Both the position numbers and the translations under genes were made by a program. DNA of 64,000 bases from Candidatus Poribacteria bacterium (GTDB lineage Bacteria; Poribacteria; WGA-4E; JAJDTR01), in NCBI GenBank assembly GCA_965232535.1, contig CBDDPW010000023.1, positions 736,798 to 800,797 on the forward strand, read 5' to 3'. Below, piece after piece: positions 8,153 through 19,500 of the stretch. The notes under the pieces are model-generated. The model worked only from the letters and a program-made list of their open reading frames with translations. It did no database searches and was not told the origin of the DNA. The stretch's first letter is position 1. The number at the start of each line of letters is the position of its first letter.

Positions 8153-9706
8153 ATGTCCCGACTCAAGTCAATCCGCTGGCTGCTTCTATTTGCGGCGATC
8201 GCGATGGTAGCCGTCAGCCTCACTGTCAACCAGTCCAACAATAGCTTTTCAACCCAAACTGCAACCGCTCAAACCGAAGAGAGCGATTTTGAATACTTGG
8301 AGCGTGCCAACCGCGCCTTCATCGAGTTAGTTAACCGCGCGAAACCAGCCGTGGTCCAAATCAGCACCAAAACGTTAGTCCCGTCTAGAACCTCCCGCCT
8401 CCCTGACAACTGGCACTACTGGTTTGAACCCTTTTTTGGCCCTCCGGGGAACCAGAGAGAACGGAATCGTGAAAATTCCCGACCTCAGGAAGAGCGAGCA
8501 GGGCTTGGTTCCGGAATTATCGTTAGCGAGGACGGATATATACTCACAAACAATCATGTCATTGAAGGCGCAGATGACATTACGGTCATTCTTCTGGGCG
8601 GCCGTGAGTTTGAAGCCGAGTTGATCGGAACAGACGCCGGCAATGAAGGAACAGATCTTGCCGTATTGAAGATTGACGGCGATGATTTGCCTGTGCTGAA
8701 CTTCGGTGATTCAGACGTGCTCGAAGTTGGGGAATGGGTTGTTGCCATTGGCACTCCGTTCGGGCTGTCACAGACCGTGACGCGTGGAATCGTGAGCGCG
8801 AAGGGTAGGTCCAATGCACTTGGCCCTAGCGTGATATTCGAGGACTTCATCCAGACAGATACGCCGATTAATCGGGGAAATAGCGGCGGTGCACTCATCA
8901 ATATTCGCGGCGAACTCGTTGGCATTAACACGGCAATTCTGACGGGCAATAGTTTTCAGCAGGGCAATATAGGCGTCGGATTCGCCATTCCCAGCAACCT
9001 CGCGCAACGAATAATGAGGCAACTAATCGATACCGGCAAGGTTGAGCGCGGCTGGTTGGGCGTGCGCCTGCAAAGACTCTCCTATGAACTCGCCGAAGAC
9101 TTTGGTTTGGATGAACCACGGGGTGCGTTGGTTTCAACAGTATACGAGGGAACTCCAGCGGAAAAAGCCGGAATCAAACGGGGAGATTTGATTCTTGAAT
9201 TAAACCAAACACCTATCCGCGATGGAGCTCATCTCGCTCATGTTGTCGCAGCTGCTGAAGTTGGCAAGGAAGTCGAAGTTAAAATCAACCGGAGAGGCAA
9301 AGAAGAATTGCTGAAGATAACTCTCGGAAAGCGTCCGCCACAGGAGGCCCTAAATTCTGGCGAGATGTCTCCAATGATGCCCGATGGCACAGATGGGAAG
9401 GCATTTGCCGGCATACACGTGCAGGAGTTAACGGATGAACTTGCCGAAAAGTATGGTCACGAAGGCGAAACAGGAGTCGTGATAATGCGCATCAAACAAG
9501 GAAGCCGAGCGGCAAGGCAGAGACAAATTCAAGTTGGCAGCCTCATTCAGGAAATAGATTTCAACGAAATTCATAATTTGGAAGACTTTTCCGAACACGT
9601 TAAATCGATTGAGGCGGGAGACAAAGTTACCCTGTACATCAGATACGCCAACGGAGGCGGAAGCTACGTGACGTTGCAAAACGGAGATGTACCGGAGGAT
9701 AAGTAA
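8153..9706 (+). CDS. htrA: HtrA/DegP (Do) family periplasmic serine protease with two PDZ domains
   Basis: Catalytic triad contexts TNNHVIEGA, GTDLAVLKI and GNSGGALIN, with two PDZ-like C-terminal segments. Start moved to the ATG at 8153 (GGAGG 8 nt upstream, then a signal-anchor sequence). Confidence 0.9.
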   Translation: MSRLKSIRWLLLFAAIAMVAVSLTVNQSNNSFSTQTATAQTEESDFEYLERANRAFIELVNRAKPAVVQISTKTLVPSRTSRLPDNWHYWFEPFFGPPGNQRERNRENSRPQEERAGLGSGIIVSEDGYILTNNHVIEGADDITVILLGGREFEAELIGTDAGNEGTDLAVLKIDGDDLPVLNFGDSDVLEVGEWVVAIGTPFGLSQTVTRGIVSAKGRSNALGPSVIFEDFIQTDTPINRGNSGGALINIRGELVGINTAILTGNSFQQGNIGVGFAIPSNLAQRIMRQLIDTGKVERGWLGVRLQRLSYELAEDFGLDEPRGALVSTVYEGTPAEKAGIKRGDLILELNQTPIRDGAHLAHVVAAAEVGKEVEVKINRRGKEELLKITLGKRPPQEALNSGEMSPMMPDGTDGKAFAGIHVQELTDELAEKYGHEGETGVVIMRIKQGSRAARQRQIQVGSLIQEIDFNEIHNLEDFSEHVKSIEAGDKVTLYIRYANGGGSYVTLQNGDVPEDK

Positions 9707-9740
9707 CTGTAAAGCCGCCGAGATCAGAGAATCTTTTTTG

Positions 9741-9783
9741 CTAGTTGTCGGTGAGATGAACCACACGGCTCACCGACAACTAG
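9741..9783. other. Strong hairpin (15-bp perfect stem, 13-nt loop) downstream of htrA, no following T-run
   Basis: ctagttgtcggtgag-atgaaccacacgg-ctcaccgacaactag. A T6 run precedes rather than follows it. Confidence 0.5.
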
Positions 9784-10088
9784 TGAATAACAAGCATAAT
9801 CAACCACCTATATCTGTATACTAACATTTTCAGTTCCGTCCCACAGAAAATACCCACCTAGCAAGTTCAAATCAGCCTTCCGCCGACAGTTTTCCTGTGT
9901 TTCTCCAGAAACTTTCAGCAACAAAACTTACCATCTAATTCTGTCCCGTTTTGTTTGCTCCCTCTACCCATCGTGAAAACCTCGACCAATTGTCGTCCAA
10001 ATATGGCATTCCACCGACATCCTGAGCACTGTCCGAAATCAGTCACGGGAATAGCAGGGGTAAGGGTAAGTCAACCGGACTTTTGACT

Positions 10089-10117
10089 TTGTCATCGGGT
10101 AAGGGGCGTGATATACT
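10089..10117 (+). promoter_or_regulatory. Candidate sigma70-type promoter for the EF-G gene
   Basis: TTGTCA-N17-TATACT, about 185 nt upstream of the proposed GTG start. Confidence 0.3.
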
Positions 10118-10305
10118 AAATTTTGGGCTGCCAGCACAAGCAACGGCTGCCGAAGACGGGACTGCCCAGAAAATCTGCAGTCCTTACCTACGCAGATTCG
10201 AATGGTTGCCCGAACCGCGCAGATGCCGAATGGATTATAATCCGATTTCATTCGGGCGCAATTGAAAAAGAACCGGAGAAAGATGCTACGGCTGGAGAAC
10301 AGATT

Positions 10306-12390
10306 GTGAATCGCAGACATCCAATAGAAAAGGTACGAAACATCGGAATCATGGCGCATATCGACGCCGGTAAGACAACCACGACCGAACGAATTCTGTT
10401 TTACACCGGCAAGAAACACAAAATTGGCGCAGTCGATGACGGTACCGCCGAGATGGATTGGATGATTCAGGAACAGGAACGAGGGGTCACGATTACTGCG
10501 GCTGCAACGACATGCTTCTGGCAAGATCATGCGATCCATCTCATTGATACTCCCGGTCATGTCGATTTCACCGTCGAGGTGGAGCGTTCGTTGCGCGTCC
10601 TTGATGGGGCAATTGCGCTCTTCTGTGCGGTAGGAGGAGTCGAGCCGCAGTCGGAAACTGTCTGGCATCAAGCGGACCGTTACCATATCCCTCGAATCGC
10701 ATTCGTGAATAAAATGGATCGAGTGGGAGCGAATTTTGCTCGTTCCGTAGAGATGATGCGTGAGCGCTTAGGGGCAAATCCACTCGTTATTCAACTGCCC
10801 ATAGGCGCCGAACACACCTTTGCGGGAATCATTGATCTTGTGCGAATGAACGCGATTCGCTGGCACGAGGACGACTTTGGCCAGACGTTCGATTTTGAAG
10901 ATATTCCCTCGGAACTGGTGGCTGAAGCGACGGAAATGCGTGAGATACTAATCGACGCCGTGGCTGCCGAGGATGACGAACTTCTGGAAAAGTACCTTGA
11001 TGGAGAAGTCATTTCGGAGGAAGAATTAACCCGCGGTATTCGGGTAGGGACGCTTAGCGGCGCGTTTGTGCCGGTATTGTGCGGCACCTCGTTGAAAAAC
11101 CAAGGAGTGCAACCCTTGATTGACGCTGTGGTCAACTACCTGCCATCACCCCTTGACGTACCGTCAATTAAAGGAATTATCCCGGCGAGTGGTTGCGAAG
11201 AGACGCGCGATCCGAGCGATGATTCGCCTTTCGCCGCTTTGGCATTCAAGATCGCGAGTGACGCAAATGTAGACAAGATAATCTATTGCCGTGTTTACTC
11301 GGGCACACTTGGTCGAGGCAGTCGTATTTATAATGTCGTGAACGCGAAAACAGAACGAATCACACGCATTTTGCAGATGCACGCCAATAAGCAGCAGGTC
11401 TGTGACGCGGCGTACGCCGGTGACATTGTTGCGCTGGTAGGGTTAAGAAGCACCAAGACGGGAGATACGCTAACATTCCCTGAACACCCCATTTTGTTGG
11501 AGTCGATAAGTTTTCCCGATCCGGTCATCTCCGTTGCGATCGAGCCAAAGAGCGAAAGTGACAAGGACAAACTTGAGGAAACATTGCAGATCTTGATGGA
11601 TGAGGATCCCACGTTTACTGTAACGATTGACTCAGACACGGGGCAACGTGTCATCTCGGGGATGGGCGAGTTACATCTGGAAATTTTGACCGATCGGATG
11701 ATTCGCGAGTTTGGTGTTAACGCCCGCGTGAGTAAGTTGCAGGTCGCTTACCGGGAAACCATCTCCCGCGAGGCTGAGGCTCAAGGAAAGTACATCCACA
11801 AGACAGATGAAGAGGGTATCTATGGAGATGTGATTGTCCGAATTAGTCCACTGCCGAGAGGAGAAGGGTTCCAGTTTACCGATGAGACCGATGAGACGCA
11901 GATTCCGCGTCAGTTCGTTTCTCGTGTTGAAAGTGCTTTGAAAGGGGCAATGAACATCGGCGCCTTGACGGGATTTCCAATGCAAGATGTTAAGGCGGCG
12001 CTAATCGGTGGCTCGTATCATGAAACGGATTCATCTGAAGTCGCGTTCGAAGCAGCCGCTGTCATCGCATTTGAGAATGCTGTGCGTGGGGCGGAGCCAG
12101 TGCTTTTGGAACCAATTATGAAAATGCAGGTCATCGTTCCGACTGAACATACCGGAAGAGTGATCGGCGACCTCAATGCACGTCGCGCACGCATTCACCA
12201 AACCGGCGCACAAGGGACTTCGGAGGTCATTGAAGCGGATGTTCCGTTGGCGGAGACGTTCCAATATACAACTGATCTCCGCTCCATGACTCAAGGTCGC
12301 GGTTCGTTTACAATGGAATTTTCCTACCACGACTTGGTGCCCGCCAGTCTTCGCAGTGCGATTCTGAATCAGCAACCCACGTTTGAGTAA
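10306..12390 (+). CDS. fusA: Translation elongation factor G (stand-alone copy, not in an rpsL-rpsG-fusA-tuf context)
   Basis: [36 protein letters not shown] and a domain IV tip [11 protein letters not shown]. The track ORF starts at 10123, but a GTG at 10306 (GGAGA 7 nt upstream) gives the canonical 10 residues before RNIGIMAH and 694 aa. Confidence 0.9.
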   Translation: MNRRHPIEKVRNIGIMAHIDAGKTTTTERILFYTGKKHKIGAVDDGTAEMDWMIQEQERGVTITAAATTCFWQDHAIHLIDTPGHVDFTVEVERSLRVLDGAIALFCAVGGVEPQSETVWHQADRYHIPRIAFVNKMDRVGANFARSVEMMRERLGANPLVIQLPIGAEHTFAGIIDLVRMNAIRWHEDDFGQTFDFEDIPSELVAEATEMREILIDAVAAEDDELLEKYLDGEVISEEELTRGIRVGTLSGAFVPVLCGTSLKNQGVQPLIDAVVNYLPSPLDVPSIKGIIPASGCEETRDPSDDSPFAALAFKIASDANVDKIIYCRVYSGTLGRGSRIYNVVNAKTERITRILQMHANKQQVCDAAYAGDIVALVGLRSTKTGDTLTFPEHPILLESISFPDPVISVAIEPKSESDKDKLEETLQILMDEDPTFTVTIDSDTGQRVISGMGELHLEILTDRMIREFGVNARVSKLQVAYRETISREAEAQGKYIHKTDEEGIYGDVIVRISPLPRGEGFQFTDETDETQIPRQFVSRVESALKGAMNIGALTGFPMQDVKAALIGGSYHETDSSEVAFEAAAVIAFENAVRGAEPVLLEPIMKMQVIVPTEHTGRVIGDLNARRARIHQTGAQGTSEVIEADVPLAETFQYTTDLRSMTQGRGSFTMEFSYHDLVPASLRSAILNQQPTFE

Positions 12391-12475
12391 TGCGGGAAGG
12401 CGTTCTTGCATTACATCTTGGATTCGGCGATAAGTGTGGGCGTTTCAGACTGGGTTAAAGCAAGCATTCACCAAG

Positions 12476-13258
12476 CTAGACGACATTGGACAATCCGCCG
12501 TCGAGGTTTATCGCCGTGCCCGTTATGAAAGCCGCGCACTCCGAGGCGAGGAAGGCGACAAGAGCGCCAGCATCCGAGGGTTCGCCCAAGCGGCCAAGGG
12601 GATGCTCTTTAGCCCGATCCCTCCAATACTCCTCCAAGGTGCCGCGAGAGCCTTCCGCTTTCCAAGTGCGATCCCCTTGTGCGCTCTTGATAGAAGTCAG
12701 ACACACCGTGTTTACGAGGATATTATAAGGCAATAGTTCCTTGGATAGCGCCTTCGTCATGGCGATACCCGCCGCTCGGCTCACGGAGGTTGGATACGAA
12801 GCTGCACCGGGCTGTTTTCCCCCGGGGTGCGTGATGTTGATAATCCGTCCTCCGCCGATGAGTTTCATCTGAGGAATGACTAGACGTGCGCAACGCACGG
12901 CGCCCATAAGTTTCAGATCCAAATCGGCAAACCAGCCCTCGTCGGTCAACTCATCGAAAGCGCTTGTCGCAGACCTACCGGCGTTGTTGACCAAGATGTC
13001 AATGCGTCCGAAGCGCCCAATCACCGTGTTGACAAAGCTCGCCAGTGTTTCCGGTTTGGTAACGTCCGCGGAAACAGCGAGAAGTTCACCACTAGTCAGC
13101 CCTCGGAGTTCCTCCGCTGCCTGCTGCAAGACATTGTCGCGCCGCGCACAAATCGCGACGCTTGAGCCCTCCTCCAAGAACCTTAGCGCGATCCCCTTGC
13201 CAATTCCCTCGCTGCCGCCGGTAATTACGGCAACTTTTCCTCTCAATCCAAGATCCAT
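12476..13258 (-). CDS. Short-chain dehydrogenase/reductase (SDR) family oxidoreductase
   Basis: KVAVITGGSEGIGKGIA Rossmann motif and NNAG. Start placed at MDLGLRGK (13258) rather than the ORF start at 13309. Confidence 0.85.
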   Translation of the reverse strand: MDLGLRGKVAVITGGSEGIGKGIALRFLEEGSSVAICARRDNVLQQAAEELRGLTSGELLAVSADVTKPETLASFVNTVIGRFGRIDILVNNAGRSATSAFDELTDEGWFADLDLKLMGAVRCARLVIPQMKLIGGGRIINITHPGGKQPGAASYPTSVSRAAGIAMTKALSKELLPYNILVNTVCLTSIKSAQGDRTWKAEGSRGTLEEYWRDRAKEHPLGRLGEPSDAGALVAFLASECAAFITGTAINLDGGLSNVV

Positions 13259-13352
13259 TTCCGTTTTCCTTGAGCAAGTACGTATCCGTAGTTTGTCCAA
13301 AAAACACAACTCATAGTGTGGCTTTCTACAGGTCAGATGTCAAGCCATTCCC

Positions 13353-14303
13353 TCAGTATCCTCTAGTCTGGTCTACGATATTGGTCAAGGGTTCACCCGC
13401 GACAAAGCGCCTGAGATTTTCACAGAATAATCCATAGATGCGCCTCCAAGATTTTGGAGATGCGCCTGCATGGTGCGGAGTGATTATCACGTTGTCCATA
13501 TTCCAAAGCGGACTGTCCTGCGGCAACGGCTCGGGGTCGGTAACGTCAAGGCCGGCGCCGGCAATCTCCTTAGATTGTAGCGCCTCGACCAACGCTGCTT
13601 GATCAATAATCTGTCCCCGTCCGATGGAAACCAGAATGGCAGTGGATTTCATCGCATTAAATTCCGGTTCTCCTATCATACCCGTCGTTTCCGGCGTCAA
13701 GGGGCAGCAGATTGCGACGAAATCGGACTGACTAAGCATGTCGTGTAAACGATCTATTTGCCACAAAGACTCGACGTGATCCGGTTTTTCCGTTTGTGTT
13801 GGATCGACAGCCAAGATTCGCATGTCGAAGGCGTGTGCCCGTTTCGCTAACTGTAGACCGATACTTCCCAGCCCGATAATGCCGAGAGTGTCTCCGGAGA
13901 TTTCAAGGATGGACAGTTTTCTGAAATCTTCCCAGAATTTATTCGCTTGGTTTTTTATAGAGGTGTGAAGTGTTCGAGTGAACGCAAGTATGAGCGACAT
14001 AACGTGTTCTGATATGTTTATCGCAGTCGCACCGCGCGCGTTTGTCAATACGGCATCACTATTGAGCAATTCGGGGCTTATCACGCTTTCAACACCGACG
14101 CTGCTAAACTGGATCCAACGAAGATTCTTAGCCTTGTTAACCATCTCAGGTTTAAGCCCATACCCGAAAAAGGCTACCGCATCCTCAATCTCTCGAATCA
14201 TATCCTCATCTGTCATCACTGACGCAAAACATACATTTGGGGCAACCGAGTGGGCAAGTGCAATATCCTCGGTGCTTAAATTGTATGAGGTCACAATTTT
14301 CAT
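13353..14303 (-). CDS. D-isomer-specific 2-hydroxyacid dehydrogenase family protein
   Basis: GDTLGIIGLGSIGLQLAKRA, RGQIIDQAALVEAL...AGAGLDVTDPEPLP, ITPHHAG. Confidence 0.85.
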   Translation of the reverse strand: MKIVTSYNLSTEDIALAHSVAPNVCFASVMTDEDMIREIEDAVAFFGYGLKPEMVNKAKNLRWIQFSSVGVESVISPELLNSDAVLTNARGATAINISEHVMSLILAFTRTLHTSIKNQANKFWEDFRKLSILEISGDTLGIIGLGSIGLQLAKRAHAFDMRILAVDPTQTEKPDHVESLWQIDRLHDMLSQSDFVAICCPLTPETTGMIGEPEFNAMKSTAILVSIGRGQIIDQAALVEALQSKEIAGAGLDVTDPEPLPQDSPLWNMDNVIITPHHAGASPKSWRRIYGLFCENLRRFVAGEPLTNIVDQTRGY

Positions 14304-14442
14304 AGGTTGTCCTTTCTACGTGGGAGCCGTCGTATGTCGGTCCGAAACGGTAATGCCGTGATGTTCACGTAGCTCGACGTCATTCGACACTTCTTGCTGC
14401 TTGGTAGTGAACCCAGTTCAAACTATCATCCCAATCTGGAGA

Positions 14443-16047
14443 TTAGCCTATCTTGCCACGGCTTGGACCACGACGGCTCCTCTCAATCGCTTCAGGTATA
14501 GCATCCAACACATCGCCAGCGATTAGTCCGTGCATCCCGGTCGATTCAGCGCTGATGTCGCCAGCGAGACCATGTAGGTATACGCCGAGAACTGCCCCTT
14601 CCGATATAGACACGCCTTGTGCCGCCAGTCCTGCAATTAGACCTGTGAGAACGTCGCCCATACCGCCCGTTGCCATCCCCGGATTTCCCGTTGAATTAAT
14701 CCACACTTCACCTGTGTCAAGTGCGATTACCGTGGGGACCCCCTTCAGAATAATCGTTACCCCATGTTCTAGGGAGAATCTTTGAGCGACGCCTATGCGA
14801 TCTTGCTCTATGTCGGTAACACTCAATCCGGTAAGTCGAGCCATCTCTCCCGGGTGAGGGGTTAGGACGGTTAGCGGCGGCAGGGAAGCTAGCAGACTGT
14901 TTACGTTGGATCCGGATGGGTGGCGATCTATCTTACCTGATGCAAGCGCATTCAAGCCATCGGCGTCGATGACCGTGGGGCAGTTCATTTCGTGAACCAG
15001 ACTTTGAATTAGGTTTACGGTTTCAGGATGTTGCGACAGTCCTGGTCCAATGGCGAGCACAGAGGCGGTCCGTTCGATGAATTCAAGAATCTGTGGTTTG
15101 GCTGACAAAGCTAATGAGCCGTCGGTTGTCTCGGGTAACGGCGTGGTCATCACTTCGCTAAGTTTCGATTCCACTATGGGGTTTAGGCTTTTCGGTATGC
15201 CGAGCGTGACCAAACCTGCTCCGGTGCGCAATGCGGCTTGACTTGCCAGGACTGCCGCGCCGGTCATGCCTGTCGAGCCGGCGAGAACAAACACGCGTCC
15301 ATAGGTGCCTTTGTGGGAGTAATTCGGACGACACGGAATCCAGCCAGCGGCTTGGCAAGGCTGTGTGCGGTTCACGCATATTCCTTGTGATTCAACCACG
15401 CTCCGTGGAAAACCGATGTCTGCAATCTCCAGCGCACCGACTCGTTGTGCTCCCGGGTAGACAAGTGTACCTCGCTTTGGAAGTCCAAGTGTTATGGTGC
15501 GATCCGCGCAAATACACCCACCCTCTACCGCACCTGTATCCGCGTTCAACCCGGACGGAAGATCGATCGCCACTACTGGGCAGTTGGCTGAATTGAGACA
15601 ATCAATGACATCCTTAATATATCCTTCTACCCCACCGCGTAGCCCTGTTCCGAAAATAGCGTCAACAATTAGGTCGCAGGAGACAATCTCTGCGCTAAGT
15701 GTCTGCAACTCGGATTCCGAGGGGATTTCAACGATGGAAAGTCCCAGTCTCCGTACAACTTGCAGGTTTGTCAGCGCATCCCCGGTAAAGTGCTCAGATT
15801 TTGAAACAAGAATAATTTGAACTGAATATCCTGCGTGGGAAAGCTGCCTGGCGAGAGCCAGTCCGTCTCCGCCGTTGTTTCCTTTGCCAACGATGACACC
15901 AACATGCCGGCATTCAGGAAAGTTCCTTTGAATCGATCTAAAAACAGCCGTCGCAGCTGCCTCCATCAACACGATTCCCGGAACACCAATCTCCTCAATG
16001 GTCTGTTTATCTATTTGCCGCATTTCTTCCGCGGTTACGACTCTCAT
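14443..16047 (-). CDS. nnr: Bifunctional NAD(P)H-hydrate repair enzyme (epimerase + ADP-dependent dehydratase)
   Basis: 534 aa. YjeF_N-type N-terminus (GKGNNGGDGLALAR) fused to a carbohydrate-kinase-like C-terminus (GPGLS...GNPGMATGGMGDVLTG). Confidence 0.9.
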   Translation of the reverse strand: MRVVTAEEMRQIDKQTIEEIGVPGIVLMEAAATAVFRSIQRNFPECRHVGVIVGKGNNGGDGLALARQLSHAGYSVQIILVSKSEHFTGDALTNLQVVRRLGLSIVEIPSESELQTLSAEIVSCDLIVDAIFGTGLRGGVEGYIKDVIDCLNSANCPVVAIDLPSGLNADTGAVEGGCICADRTITLGLPKRGTLVYPGAQRVGALEIADIGFPRSVVESQGICVNRTQPCQAAGWIPCRPNYSHKGTYGRVFVLAGSTGMTGAAVLASQAALRTGAGLVTLGIPKSLNPIVESKLSEVMTTPLPETTDGSLALSAKPQILEFIERTASVLAIGPGLSQHPETVNLIQSLVHEMNCPTVIDADGLNALASGKIDRHPSGSNVNSLLASLPPLTVLTPHPGEMARLTGLSVTDIEQDRIGVAQRFSLEHGVTIILKGVPTVIALDTGEVWINSTGNPGMATGGMGDVLTGLIAGLAAQGVSISEGAVLGVYLHGLAGDISAESTGMHGLIAGDVLDAIPEAIERSRRGPSRGKIG

Positions 16048-16550
16048 CGTTTGTCCTCTATGATGGCATCACTTCTTGGCACTAGGGGCAATATATCTCT
16101 TGGTGAGGGAGTGGTGTGTTTGCGTGAAATCTTAACAATCAATTGCCGTTTTAAACTCACAATCGACGATTGGACTGTGATCTAGCCTTTCAGAGTTTAT
16201 TTTCAACTTGATTTTTTCTGTCGCGTTGAGTTACAGTGTAGCATCGCGCTGGTGTGATGTCAATGACGTAAGCGAGGCGATCGCCGCCATTCTCAACGGC
16301 TATGAATGTAGTGTTAAACTACTGCCAAGCTAAAATTTACCGAGAATCTCAACGACCTAATAGAAACTACTGGCACAGAATGCATTTGCCCTATCAAGCT
16401 TGCAGCCTGTCGCGATTGCCACTCATATCCTCAACGCGTATTCTCAACCAAAGAGGGGCATGTGCGTCTAAAAGCCAACAGCAGTTGTAACCGGAACTGT
16501 CTTTCCTTTGCCGTGAAACCGCGCGTCTCCAATCAGGCAGCACTCAGCGG

Positions 16551-19500
16551 ATGAAACTGAAATTATCGGGAAATCCATTTCTTATGATAAAGCATTGTAT
16601 ACGTGCCCGGATAGGCTTGAGCCTACCCGTCAAAAGACCGCAATTCTGGTTGCGTACACGAATACCTACATTACTTTTTCAATTGAATTGCCTCCTTTTT
16701 TTTGTGGCTGTATCTACTTCTACCTGGGGGCAATTCTTCGAATCTCCGCCGCGAATTATTGATGATGCCAATGAAGACACTGTGTTCAGCCCTAACGGGG
16801 ATGGGATACAAGACAATCTAATTATTAGTTTCGTCACGAATGGATTTACGGGCGATTACCGGATTATGATTGATGTGCACGGACCCGGTGCGGTTGGTCG
16901 ACCGGATGGAGTGTTCGACATTGATGATGACTGGGTGGTCTTAGGGGCAGTTGGCCCGGGCCCATCGGAGTTTTACCCTGAGAATAATCCGAAAATCGTA
17001 CATCAAGAATGGGACGGAATGGACCGTGCTCCAAGCCAAGACACTCCGCCCAGCGCACGCCCGGTCGGCCCCGGCAATTATGAGATTCGTGTTGAGACAG
17101 ATGCCTTCGAGGATGGCGCGATAGATATAATTAATCCTACTTATCAGTCATCCACACTGGTTGCCGTCGTGGACATCGATGCGCCGAAAATCTCAAGTAC
17201 AGTTTCCCATCTATTTTTCTCACCTAACAGTGACGCGATCAAAGATACCACCACAATCACCTACGCGCTGTCCGAGCATCTTTCCGATCTCAGCTTGGAA
17301 TTTGCCAATCTTGAAAATCAACCCGCGATAAAGCTGACTCAGATAACCCGTGGTCGACAATCGTTCACTTGGAGTGGACTCGATGGGCTTAGAACACCAC
17401 TTATTGATGGAGTGTATAACCTCCGTCTTCGTGGGGTTGACAATGGCGGCAATGTAACCACATTTGATGTCGGAGCAGTTCAGATTGACACGAAAGCTCC
17501 CACCTTTACTCAGATTACCCCGAGCCGGGACGCCTATTTGAAGGTGTCGATCACCGCCATTGAAGTGGAATTTAACTTGGCGGAACAGGACAGTCCCATC
17601 AACTTTGACTCGTCGGTCACCACTATTGGTTTGCAGAATGCGGGCGGAGAGACTGTCAGCGGCATAATACGAAGTGATGTTACTAACAACCGTCTAACGT
17701 TAGCATTGGACAACCCGCTGGACACAATATCGGAGAACGGTTCTTATACCGCTGTCATTCTTGTAGCAGATGAAGCCGGAAATCAAGCGGCAACCGAGAG
17801 TAGCTTCAACTTTGATACGGTACCGCCGACTCTGCAGCGGATTCGTTCGAATTACGGCAATTTTCCGCCAAACGGCTCCGTGAACACGAAAATTACGTTC
17901 GTGGAAGTGGATTTGGACGATAACATTGATGATGGATTAAATTTGGCAGCTTCGACGATCGCGCTGAATGGCCCAAATGGTGCAATATTTGGAAATCAGA
18001 CGTTTGGCGGCGATAGTACGTTGCGCTGGAATCTGGAAGCTCCCATAGCGGCTGACGGCTCGGAAGACGGCATTTACACCATTACGATAAGTGTAGCTGA
18101 CCGCGCCGGGAATACTGCGAATTTCGGTGAAATATCCTTTGTCTACGACACTCAAGCTCCCAGATTGGATTCGCTAACGCCAAATCTTGAAGACAGTTCG
18201 TTTCATCTGGGGGCAGGTACAATCTACCGTAGCCAACCGCTGTTACAAGTCGTTGCGGGCTTCGACGATGGTGCTGGAAGTGGAGTTGACTTTGCCTCGA
18301 GCCGCCTCGAGATCGTCAGATTGGACGAAACAGGATCTGGTAATATCTTTCTTACGGGGACCCGCCACGTGAATCCTACTGATGGCACGTTGGCTTTTCT
18401 GTTATCCCAACCGCTTGAAAACCAAGACGGAACTCAAGATGGCGCCTACACCATTCGCGTTAGTTCGGCAGATGTCGCTGGAAACACAAGCACAAGTCGA
18501 GTTGACCTCATTTATGACACTGAGCCACCAACAATCGTGTCAGTTGCACCGGAGCGAGATGCAACAGTTACGACACTATCTCAAGTGACCTTGGTCATGG
18601 ATGACAGCATGAGTGGCGTCGATTTTGCGAACACTATCTTGAAGCTGGTTCGAGACGACGTGGAAATCCGTGGGACTTCTAGTAACAACGGAAAGGATAC
18701 GGAAGTCTTAACATTGTCTAATCCCCTGGTAACCGATGGTTCGGATGATGGGGAATATAGGATTGAAATCACCACTGTAGATCGAGCCGGGAATGCGAGT
18801 GACCTAATTGAACGTCGATTTTACTTCGTTTCTCAACAGCCCGAGATTCGATTGAACGCGCCTGCTACAGGAGTGATTAATGAGTTCACTACAATTGATG
18901 CACAGTTTGTAAACTACATCGGCACCGGTATTGACTTTTCGCCCGAAAAATCTAGCGTGATTGTGACCCGTCCCGACGGCACAGTGCTTCCGTCGGCATC
19001 TGTGGAAGTAGACAACGTCAACAATCGGCTCATTTGGATGGCGAAGACGCCACTACCGCGCGACGGTTCTGCCGATGGCGAGTATACAGTCCGTGTAAAC
19101 TATGAAAACCTCGTCGGACAGAACTTCACTCAAGATTTTGCGTTGATATTTGACACACAGCTTCCAGGAGTCGTCCAAACTACGCCTGCCCCCGGAGCGC
19201 GCGTTTCACGATTGGGAGCGGTAACCGTAGAATTCACCGCCGACCTTAGCGGTGTGGATTTCGCTGCCGCTCAGGTGCGGTTACTTGATCCGAATGGAGT
19301 GCCTGTAGGAACAAACCGGTCGGACAATGGGGTAGATGCCGTTACACTTCGCATCCAAGATCTCCAAACTTCGACGATTGAAGGTGTCTATATTATCGAA
19401 GTTACCCCCGCCGACCGGGCCGGAAATGTCGCAGACAGTCCGTATCTGTCGAGCTTCACCTTCGCTCCCCGCGGGCCATCAATAACTCTTGAGCCAACCG

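Noticed and set aside
10123-10305. 61-codon N-terminal extension of the EF-G ORF in the track (start at 10123)
   Set aside because: The extension has no EF-G-like sequence. A GTG at 10306 with GGAGA upstream gives the canonical distance to the G1 motif and a normal length of 694 aa.
16370-16389. Sigma54-like TGGCAC...TTGC upstream of the giant gene
   Set aside because: The GG-to-GC spacing is wrong: 8 or 14 intervening nt instead of 10.
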